DNA from: Piromyces finnis finn
Lineage: Eukaryota; Fungi; Neocallimastigomycota
Assembly: GCA_002104945.1 (NCBI GenBank)
Contig: MCFH01000046.1
Coordinates: forward strand, 124,001-188,000
Direction: 5' to 3'
Length of the DNA stretch: 64,000 nucleotides
Positions 1 through 11,696 of this stretch are shown piece by piece. Within the stretch, counting starts at the first letter, position 1; the number at the start of each line of letters is the position of its first letter. The notes under the pieces are model-generated. The model saw only the letters and a program-made list of their open reading frames with translations, did not search any database and was not told where the DNA came from. A program made the position numbers and the translations under genes.

Positions 1-3000
1 TTTCAGTTTCTTCATCATCATCATCTTTTTCTTTTTCTTCTTCATCTTTATTTATATCTAACATTTCTTTTATAGAACCAGACTTATTTAAATTACTTTT
101 ATTGCTAATGTTCATAATACTTACTATTTCTTCATCACTTTCAAAACCCTGTAAAACTCTATTTTCTAATTCTTTAATATGATCTTCTCCATCTTGAGCT
201 AACATTTTATACTGTACTTCATATGTATCATTATTTGCATTATCAATTTTGGCATCATCAACTTTCATACTATTTTGATTTAAATCAATCTCAAGTTCAG
301 TTGAATCAATATCTAGTGTACTAATCGATATTGATTTTCCAATTTCTTCATTTTGCTTTGAATGAATAGATATATTATCAACCTTAATCTCATTATTATC
401 AATATAATTCATATTGTTTTTTATCTTTAAATTATTATTATTTTGTATTGATTGTGATTGTGTAATAGTATTATTAATATTATCAGTTTTATTCTTACTA
501 GAATAAATAGAATTATTCATAAGTTTATTTTTTATTGATAAATCATTTCCTGTATTAAATGAATTTGATAAAATATCATAATTTTCTAAATTATTTTTAC
601 TATTATTTTTCGATATACTGTTTATATTTTCACTATTAGATAAGATATTATAATCATCTACTGAAGTGCTATTTAACATTTGTTTAGTTGGTTCTATTTT
701 TTCTGGATTTTGGTTTTGTGAACAGGATAATTTATTAAAATTATTAAAGCTATGTTCTATTTCTGATGTTGATGGATTATTTATATTCTCAAATTTATTA
801 TTTTCTTTTTTTTCTTGATTTTTTATCGATTGACTATAATTTGGTTGTTGTTTATTATTTGGCTTCATTGAATTCAATGTTTCTAGATCATACATGTGAT
901 TATTTATATCTTCATTTGTTTCACCATTTCCATTATTATATAGATTTAAATCTAGATTATTCATTAATTTATCATTGTCTATATTATTAGTATAGTTATT
1001 TACATCTGCTTCTATATTATTATAATTTAATGAATTGTTTATTTTATTGATGTTTCCAATTTTTGCTTTTTGTTCTTCTTTTTCCTGAACTTGTCTCATT
1101 ATTATTTCTCTTTTTAAATTTTTATCAATATCAATATAAGAGAATGGTGGTGGTAGAACAGAAGAATTTAATAATACATTATTATTATTTGTAGGTGTTA
1201 GATTCATCCATGGGTCTGGTAATTTATTAATTGAAGTCAAGAAATTACTATATGATCCATTTTGATTTGATTTTAAGTTATTTAGTGAATCATTATATAT
1301 CACCCTGTTTAATTTTTTTAAAAATAATACTTAAGATTAAATTTTATTCATATAATAAATGAAATTACTATATTTAAAATTATACACCAAATATTAATTC
1401 ACATACTTTTGATCATTTATTTCATTTTCATATAATGAATATTTATTTGTGTTTGAAAATTGTAATGCTATTAAATATATTTTTATTGTTGCAAAAATAT
1501 TAATATTAATGTTAATATTAGGAATGATAAATAAATATTATAATTACATAATAAGTATTACCTGATTGTGTTTGATGAAGAAGTAAAGATAAATCTGCAT
1601 TTTCTCTTTCAAGCTCTTTTATTTTTAATGTTTTTTCATCACAGATTTTTTTCAATTCTTCAGAATGAGTAATCTTAATAATTATATTTTAGTTATAATG
1701 AATAAATTTACTATATTAAAATTATAAATGGTATATTAATTATTAGAGGATTTTTTATATTCATACTTCATTATTTAGTTTCTGAATTAATTCTTCACAC
1801 TCTTGCTTCCACTGTATTTGCTTTTTATTTTTATTAATATCTTTTTGGGACTGACTTATCATTGTTTTTATTATTTCTTGGTATTCTTAAATATTATTAA
1901 TTTTATTTTTATTATTTTTATTATTATTATTATTATTATTATTAACTATGTTGGAAATATTTTTATATAATTATTGACACTTACCTAGTTGACGTTTTTC
2001 ATTTTGATTTTGTGATTCAATTAATTTACTTTATAAATATATTAAAAAAAATGTATTTAATAAAAATAATATATTATAATTATAATAGATATATTAAATA
2101 ATCATACTTCTTCAAACTTTTAATTTCATCTTCAAAGGATTTTGTATTATTATTAGACTGTAACTTTTGATATAAATTATTAAAATATTTTAAAAGCTAG
2201 ATAAAAATTAATTAATTTCCTTTTTAGATAAATATTTACCTGTATTTGAAGATTTCTATTTTCAATAGCCATTTTATTTGATGTATTTTTTATGTAATTA
2301 CATTCTATCATAAGATTCTGATATTTATTTTTCAATTTATCGTATTCATTTTTAATTTCTTTGTTCTTACTTTCTATTAAAGAAATCTTTTTTAACTTGC
2401 AATTAAGTTCTTGTTGATTGTCTTGAAAATAATATATTATAATATTGTTATAATTATTTTCATTTAATAAAAATAAATATATTATTTATTAAACTTTAAA
2501 TATTTTACATAATAATTGCTTTTTTTCCATATCTATTTCTTTAATTTTATTATTAAACTTTTGTTCATACTCTTGTTTATATCTATTATAATTAAAATCA
2601 TTAATTATGCAATAAGAATTTATTTTAATAAAAATAATATAAAATATATACCTCGATTTTGCTTCATTTATAATTTTATTACTATCAATATCTTGTGCTT
2701 TTAGTCTTTCAATTTCTTTTAGAGCATCATTTAATCTTTTCTGAATTAATTCTTCTTGCAATTTTTGTGATTTTCTATTCATCTCTATTTCTCTTTTAAG
2801 AGTATCTTCTTTTGATAAAAACCTTTCAATTTCGTCGTTAAATTTCTGTTGTTGTTTTGTTAATTTCTGTTTGAACTCCTAATATCCATATATTATTTTT
2901 GTAAATATTAATATTAATTTAACATTGAAGAAACGAAAAAAATACTATTCACTAATAATATATATATAGTTACTTGTTCTTTTAGTAAAAATGTTTTTTT

Positions 3001-4319
3001 TTCTTCAATTTCTTTTTCTCTTAATTTCTGTGTATATTCATATTCCAAATCAGAAATTCTTTTTTTATTTTCAGATATTAATAAATCTTGTTTTCTTTTT
3101 TCTTCAAGTTTTAATTTTCCTAATTCAATATCTTTATATCTCTCAAACTTTTAAATTGTAAATACTTAATATAATGTGATTTTTAATTGAATTAAATTTT
3201 TAAATATATAAAATATAATTTTACTTCATCTTCTATTTCTTTTCTTATTCTTTTTTCACATTCTTTTTGATATTGAATAATACGATCTTCAAATTTTAAA
3301 TTATTAATTTCCTGTTGACGCTTCATTGCAATATCATATTCCATATTTATTTTTCCAATATTTTGATCTTTATTTCATTATATATAAATATATATTTACT
3401 ATTTTTCTTTAATATATATTTCTATATATATATATTTAAATTAATATCATACCTAATTGTTCTAATGGTGATAATTCCGTTTGAATCTCACGTTCAACGT
3501 ATGTTACTTCATACATTTTTGATAAATTATTTAAAACTTTAACTAATAACGGGTTTTCGTCTTCATTAATATTGAAATTATATATATAAGTAAATTATAA
3601 TTAATATATAATAATATTCTTATTGTAAATATTATTATAATAATACCTTTTTTATTATTATTTTCTTCATTTTCTTTTTTATTCTACTTTAATTAATATG
3701 ATATTATATACATATATATATATAAATATTTATCAGCTGACTTATTTAAATCAGATATTCTTATTCTTATTATTATATATAATTACAATATCATTAAATC
3801 TAATGTTATTTTTATTTATATTTAAAACCTTCTTAATATCATCTTCATTATAAATCTAAAAAAATACATTTTGGTTATTACAGATTAATCATTATATATT
3901 TATTTTGTTGAAAATTTAAACATATATATTTACTTCATCATTTTTACTCATTCCACATTCAGGTAAAAATACAGATAAAGTAAACTCATAGCTACTTGCT
4001 TTCAAATAGTCAATAATCATACTATTAATTGTTTTTATTAATACTTTTGAAGTCATAAAGTTTTTTTGAGATGTATCATTTTCAAAAATATTAGCATATC
4101 CATTTGTTCCTCCATTTGATAATTTAGTGTTCTTTAGTAACTCTTGCACAATGCATGACCGAAGTTGTGACTTAACAAATATTATTTAAAAAAATTGTTA
4201 GAAATTATGTTTAACAACACTTGTTAGCTTATTCATACAACTCTTACCTTCATTTTATCTGTAATACCACTTCTTTTAAGATTTTCATAAAGTTGAACTC
4301 TCATATCCGCTGAATTCAT
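1..4319 (-). CDS. OFD1: OFD1-like centriolar/basal-body protein (N-terminal LisH, long coiled coil, Asn-rich region); multi-exon, 3' end runs off the window
   Basis: Exon 1 at 4319-4248 (MNSADMRVQLYENLKRSGITDKMK), GT-AG intron 4247-4171, then SQLRSCIVQELL...INSMIIDYLKASSYEFTLSVFLPECGM. This matches the OFD1/FOP-type LisH N-terminus. Downstream exons are K/E/Q coiled coil. Internal exon boundaries were not all resolved. Confidence 0.75.
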
Positions 4320-4993
4320 TTTTAAGCAAAGTATATATATTAACTACTTTATATATTTGTACCTCAAGAATTATTCTATATAATACTGTTTGGTATTTTC
4401 TATTTTATTTCATTTAGTTTATTAGAATTTTAAAAATTACTAACAAAAAATTAAATATAGATATTTTAATATTAATTAAAAAGTTTATCATTTTATATTT
4501 CTTAATTCTACATATTATTGTAATGATTTAAATATTTAAAATACCATAAATAGCCTTTTTTTTAAAAAAAAATTAATTAATAAACTTTATTTATTATGCG
4601 CAGCATTTTAAAATAAAATAAATATTGACTCCGACGAATATGTATCATTTTAAATAAGTGTAACATATTCATAATTTCATATTTTAGTATTTTAGTTTTT
4701 TAATCTTAAATTATAATTTTAATAATTAAAACTAAAAATATTAGTATTTAAACTTTTTATTAAAAAACAAAAAGTATTACTTAAATTTTTTATGTTATTT
4801 GTTTATTATTAATAAAATTAATTAATTATTCGTTTAATTTATATAAGTTTTCTATATTTAAACTGCTATTACATATAAATAGTACCTTAATATTTAATAT
4901 TTAAATATAATATATTTATAATAATGACAATTCTGGATATTAAATAATTAAAAGTAAAATAATAAATCTATTATATAATAAAAATATTAAAAA

Positions 4994-6196
4994 ATGTTAA
5001 GTAGTAATAGTTTAAATTCGAATAATGAATCATATAGTTCAAGTATTAAGTCTAGTTCAAAACAATTGAATGAAAATAATGAAGAATTAGAATATGTAAA
5101 AGATAGTTTCATTAAATCTTCATCAACTATTAATGAAAGTGTTATTGATGATAATATTATTAATTATGAAATTCAAAATTCAACTCGAAATATAAAATCT
5201 TATTCTTCAAAACCAAGTTATACTTATAGCTACAGTAATGAAAGAAGTAATAGCGAAGTTTCAAAACCACATATTTCCAATAAAAATAGTTATATTTATG
5301 ATAATGAAATTGTTAAAATAGTAAATGACCAGATTAGAACCTCAATAGATCATCATCCAGATTTTCTATCAAATTATTTATTTACCAATAAGAGTATTAT
5401 TGGTAAGTTTGAATAATGTAATAACAATAATATTTAAAAATTATATATAAGCTTACATTTTCAATAATATACTTAATATAATATTTTAAGGTACAAATCC
5501 ATATGATGCTGTTAATGAGCCTAGATTTCCCAAAGACGAAGATATACCAGTATGGAAAATTAATAAACAATTAAATGAAAAAACAAAAATATTTTTGGAA
5601 GCATTGGGTTAATATAAATAATTATAATTAAGATCTTTTTTAAAATATTCTCTATATTAAATATTTCATTAATAAATATTAGAATGCTATGAACCTCTAT
5701 CAAGTATATTTACATCTGAAAAATTAGAATTAAATGAAAAAGATAGCTATGGATATTATTCAATCTTCATTCGTGAAGTTATATACCAAAATGAGCCGTG
5801 CTATTATATTTGTGTTGATATAAAAATTTATGATAGAATAACATCAAATGTTTTATTAGATAAAGCTTCGATTGCATATGTTACAACTACATTACATACA
5901 TTAAATCAAACAACTAGAGAATATATAGGAAAATGTGAAGATCAAAATAATATGGATCATTATATATTAACAAAATTTAGAATTTTAAATTATAAAACAA
6001 AAGAACAAAAAATTATATATTCGATATATGATGAAAATTATTATAAAGAAAATACTAAAACAATTTTAGCACCACATATATTGACAGAAAGTAATAATTA
6101 TTATAAATAATAATAATAATATTATTATATATATATTATATATATATACTTTTACATTATAGATTTTTTAAATCTTCATAATTTCAAATATAATAT

Positions 6197-6272
<76 letters not shown>

Positions 6273-8760
6273 TTATATATATATAATTTTAAAAGGTGGT
6301 GAAGAAATAGTATGTAGAATATTAGGATTAATTTTAGATGAAAATATAAAAAATTCAATTTTAAATGACACAGAATTTATTTCATTTGTTAATGAAGAAT
6401 TGAGAATTACTAAATTTACATTATCTTTAGAAAATAAAACATTTCTAAATGGGCTTGAAATACAAAAAGTAAAAGAAATAGGTGAAGAAATAAAATTTAA
6501 TAAATATCTTAATAAGGTTAATAAACTTCATGAAATTGAAAAATTGAAAAATGAATTAGAAGAAATAAAACTAGAAAATTCATTGAATATGTCAAAAAGT
6601 TATGATTATTTAGATTTCCCGAAAAAAATTAATGATCTAGAAATTCAGATTAAAGAGAAACAAGAGCAATTCGATAAAGAAGAATTACAATTTGATGATG
6701 AAGAAAATTATTTAAATGAATTTGAACATGATAATAAGAACTTAATAACCATTAATAATGTTGGCACTATTAAAAAAACATATATACCTATTAATAAGAA
6801 TAAATTTTTCATTAATATTACAGAAGAAGGTATTAATGATCAAAAAGAAAATGATGTATTAAAACAAAGCGAAAGTAGTATCTTTTCTAACAGTAATTCA
6901 GAATCATATAGTAGTAATTCAAATAGTATAAACTGTGAAATCCCTGAAAGAACTCAAAGCGATTTTAACACTTACAATGAAAAACAATATTCAAAAATCA
7001 GTGACAAAGATAATAATATTAATGATTCTAATATATATATTGATAATGACAAATTAGATAAAGAATCATTAAGTAGTTTCGAAATTTCAGATGAAAATCA
7101 AATAAAGGAAGAAGAAAGAATTGAAAAAAGTTTAAGCAATATTACTGAGCTATCAAAAAAAAATAGTACAGAAAAAATAAAATATTCTTTGATAAATATG
7201 AATACCAATAGTAGGGATTCAATAGAATCTATTAAAGAGATAAATAATGATATCATTAAAAATCAAAATATCGATATTTTAGATATAACGCAACATAGTA
7301 CAGATTTACTAGAATCAGTTCCATCAAAAATTGAATCTATTGAAAACACTGTAACTCAATTTGATGATGTTGAATTTAATAATAATATTTCTGAGAAATC
7401 AAATAATTCAATAAATCATGAAAAAATAGAAAATAATGATAATAGTGAAAGATTGAAAAGTAAATATAATAGTATTAATAATGAAAATAATAGTTCTGAT
7501 AATATTAAGATATTTAAAACTATTAAAACGACTGAAACTTCAGCAACTGTGGAAATAACATCAAATATTGAATCTACTGAAACTCATACTATTACAAAAA
7601 GCGAAAACATGAAAACAATTACAGAAACTACTGAGAAAACTAGTGCATATAATATAAGTAGCATAATGAAAATGGAGACAACCACAACCATTGAAACAAG
7701 TGAAATATATAATAACAACAATATAAATAGTAGGAACAACTCAAGTTTAGAAATAATAAATAATAAAAGTAATAATAATTCCTTAAAATCATTAAAGGAG
7801 AACATTAATATGGTACATACAATAAATTCAAAGATAAGCACTGAAGATATAAATGATAATGACAAAATAAAATCAATTAATATAGAAAATATTACTGATG
7901 AAGATATTGAAAAAGAAATAATGAAAATGGAAAATGATTCCTCTATATTATTATCAACATCAACATATAATGATATTTCAAAAGAATTAAGTAGTATGAA
8001 TGAAACAATGTATAATATCCCTGTTAGTTCTATTAATAATGTTTCAAATAGTGTTTCAAATAGCGTTACTAATAGTGTTACTAATAGTGTATCAAGTTTG
8101 ACCAGCTCTAGAACAAATAGTATAACTTCTATTACTACTAGTAGCGAAAAAGTAGATGATAATGATGATAATGATGAATTGATTATTAACCCATATATAG
8201 AGGAAGTTAAAACATTGTATGGTTTAGAAATACCAAAAAGCATTATGAAACCTTATGTTGAATATAATTATATTCATCAAAAAGGATACTTACAAATATA
8301 CTGTTCAAAAATGCAAGTTGCTTTCAATAATGATACTTTAAATTCAAAGAGTAATTATGATAAAAAAATTTTTTTATATTCTATATTTAATAATAATAGT
8401 TTTAAAATAAAGATATAATTATTTCATATTAACTAAATATTTTCTAAAATCAATTAAATTAGAAAACAAAGAAATAAAAGTCGAAGACTCAGATTTATTA
8501 AATAACCCTGATGTTAAATCAGAATATCTAACAGTCAAAGTATATATTATATAAAATCCAGTTTTTATTTTATACAGATAATAATAATAATTATTATTTT
8601 TTTTTTTTAGGACAAAACCAAATTTCAATATACCAGATATTTAAGTAACAATCCAAAATTAAAGAAAATTATATCAGATTATCTTCAATTAATATTATCA
8701 AGAAAACCAAATAATATATATGAATTTACTAATGATTATTTTAATAGTACTACTGATTAA
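4994..8760 (+). CDS. CATIP: CATIP-like (ciliogenesis-associated TTC17-interacting protein) with a C-terminal RIIa/DD-like motif and a very large low-complexity insertion
   Basis: In-frame introns were verified at 6091-6295, 8351-8462 and 8540-8610. The C-terminus EDSDLLNNPDVKSEYLTVKDKTKFQYTRYLSNNPKLKKIISDYLQLILSRKPNNIYEFTNDYF resembles the CATIP C-terminus (YLRQHPE...[25 protein letters not shown]). LTESGEEIVCRIL resembles CATIP ISEAANLVLLRVM. Confidence 0.65.
6199..6270. repeat. (TAA)24 microsatellite inside a CATIP-like intron
   Basis: Read directly from the sequence; lies within intron 6091-6295. Confidence 0.9.
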
Positions 8761-8867
8761 TTTTTTTATTTAAAAGTGTTAAAATATCTTTATAATAATT
8801 TCGAGGTTTTTTTTTTTAAAAATTAATAATCATTTTTAATTAAAATAAGTAATTCATTATTAAAAAG

Positions 8868-8950
8868 AATAAAATATTATTTGGAGCTAACTCTGATCGA
8901 TGGGAGAAATGCACTCGGAAGTTAAAAAAAAAAAAAAAATAAAATATTAT
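8868..8950 (+). mobile_element. Very short retroposed insertion: 43-bp GC-richer body plus a 16-A run, flanked by a 13-bp direct repeat (AATAAAATATTAT)
   Basis: Structure is AATAAAATATTAT (8868-8880), then TTGGAGCTAACTCTGATCGATGGGAGAAATGCACTCGGAAGTT (8881-8923), an A-run (8924-8939), and AATAAAATATTAT again (8938-8950). This is the TSD/poly(A) signature of target-primed retrotransposition. The source element is unknown. Confidence 0.6.
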
Positions 8951-9046
8951 ATTAAAAATTTTAATCTTAATAAAAATTTAATTTATTATATAAAATGAGT
9001 ATTATTTTATGGTAAAAATTGTAATGATAAAATAAATATTTATAAA

Positions 9047-9945
9047 ATGAGTATTTTAAATAATCTCTTACATATAATAAATCATGAAAACAATAAGGAA
9101 ATTGATAATGCAATTAATCAATTTTCAATAAAAACAAATATAAAAACAGGTTAATAATATAAAATTTAAGATGATAAAGAGTTTAGTATAAGTATTAATT
9201 ATATTAAATAATTTAGATAAAGAAATTATTTTTGGTAATGAGGAATATTTAATATCAAAAACAGGAATTAATAAAAAAGTAATAAATTTCTTTTATATAA
9301 TTTATTATTAGTTGTATTTATTACATCATTCATTAACAGTTAAATTATATTATAAAGACTTTTGATATAATAAAAAAAAAATTAATAAATCATTACTCAA
9401 ATGAAATTATAAATGGTGAAGATTTATATAATGAATTTTTAAAAGAAAAAAAAAAATCAAAGGATTATTGTTATTCATTTGGAAATAAAAAGTATATAAT
9501 CTAATAATAAAGAATAATATCAAAAAATAAAATTATTAAATTCAACTTTAGTAACTTGTAAAAATTAATAAAAAGTATTGACAAACTTATAAATGGAGGC
9601 GTTCAACCTGGTGATATTATTGAATTAGTAGGCTCACCTTCAACAGGAAAAACACAAGTAGATAATTTTCTTCTTCTTTTAGTAAATGAGTAACATGTAT
9701 TATAATGGAGTTATTAATGAAAATGATTTTATTTAAAATTTAGCTTAGTCTTTTACTTTTGTTAAATGTTCTAGTGTCTGATTCTAATAATACTGCATTA
9801 TATCTTGATACCAGAGGTTCATTCTCTATTAAAAGATTAATTAATTTCTATTATTCTGGAAAAAATTCGAATATTGAAAATAATGAAGTAATTTTATTTC
9901 ATTTTTATTTGATATATATAATATTATATAATATATTAATTTTCG

Positions 9946-9976
<31 letters not shown>

Positions 9977-11209
9977 TTGATATAGGATATAAAAAATTTT
10001 TTATTGCGAATCCAACATCAAAGTGTATATAATTATTTTGAATTATTTAGTATTCTAGAAAAAGTAATTGAGAATATAAAAAATTCAGTAAGTTAGCATT
10101 CTAAAAACTTTTCTCTAAACAAATAGTAACATTAATGAAACTAAATCATCTATTTTCATTTTCATTTTTTATACTTTTATAATTCTAATACATAATGATA
10201 ATAAATTTCAGTTTAATAGAAATTTAAAACTTATAATTATAAATTCAATTTCATCGCTTATTTTTCCAATTACACAAGATAATTATACAAGTAAGTATTA
10301 ATCATTAATCAGATATGATATATGATATATGTGTAATATAATTAATATATTTATATAATATATTATATACAAAGGAAATTCAATAATGAGTTCTATTAAT
10401 TTATACATTAATATTTTGGCAAAAAGATATAATATATCAATATTAGTAAGTTTTTTAGTTTTTTTAAATTTTGCTAATATTTAATTATTTGATTATTAAT
10501 GTATTTGTTTATGTAATTGTAGATAACGAATTTTACAGTTGGTGCAAATAATAATAATCTATCAATAATACCCACAAACAGTCTAGAATATTATAATAAA
10601 AAATTAGAATTTTATAAACGCCAGCAAACTTTTAATCTAAAAATAAAAAAAATATGTGAAGAGAAAAGAAAAAGAGATCAAGAGCAATATATACAAAATC
10701 AATCTTCATATAAATTAATAGAAAATCAAGAGGATATGATAAAATTATTAAATAATTTTAATGATGATTTTCCAATGTGTGTAGAAATTAATAAAACCTT
10801 TTCCAATACAGTAATTAGAGAAAATAAAAAACCTTCTTTAGGTAATATATGGACATATACTCCAGATATTCAATTATTCTTAACTAGTCTACCATCTCTA
10901 AGAGAAAGTGGACTTAATAATACCATTTTTAATAATAATAATTATAATAATCGCGATAATAATAATATTGATGAAATCATCCAAAGTAAAAAGAAACAAA
11001 AATTAAATAAGTATAAAAATATTGAAATCAATGAAGTTTTCAAAAAAATTGAAGTGATATTATCACATAAAACGGTAAAAATTGTATTTATAAGTATAAT
11101 TATAAATTATTATCCATTATTAATCAATAACTTAAATTTAATTTTTATTAATTATTAGTCTACAGGTCAAAATTGTATTTTTACTTTAAATGAAAAAGGA
11201 ATTTTTTAA
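9047..11209 (+). CDS. RAD51D: RAD51 paralog, RAD51D-like; multi-exon
   Basis: Motifs include INGEDLYNE, Walker A GGVQPGDIIELVGSPSTGKTQ, ALYLDTRGSFSIKRL, LIIINSISSLI and KPSLGNIWTYTPDIQLFL (RAD51D has KPALGRSWSFVPSTRILL). The last exon STGQNCIFTLNEKGIF* ends at 11209. Confidence 0.8.
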
Positions 11210-11696
11210 AAGATACAATTCTTAGTCTATATATTCTAACTTTTAAATTATTTACAATATATTTATGTTTATAATTTAATTTTATCAATGAATTTAAAGA
11301 TGATGAAATAATAATAAATCAAATCATAATATATAATAGAATTATATTGTATTTTTTTTTTATTTATTTATATTTTTTTTTAAATTAAGTATCATAAAAA
11401 AAAAATATCTAAATAATTTTATTTATATTATATTCTAATGAAAAAAACGTTTTATTCATTTCTTTTCAAATATTTATTTTAATTCACTTATTTGACAATT
11501 TTTCATAAGATCTATGAATTTTCGAAATTACGGATTAATCCATTTAATATTTTAAGTGATTGCTTATTTTTGATTTATTTTTATAAGGTGTTTATAATTA
11601 TTTATTTTCATTTATACTTTGCTTTTATTTTTTGATTTTAATTTTGTTTTTAATTTTTTATCATTGGTAACCAAATAGTAATTTATTATATTAAGT

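Noticed and set aside
7584-8243. 219-aa hydrophobic antisense ORF
   Set aside because: It is the reverse complement of the Asn/Ser/Thr-rich CATIP insertion and has no independent features.
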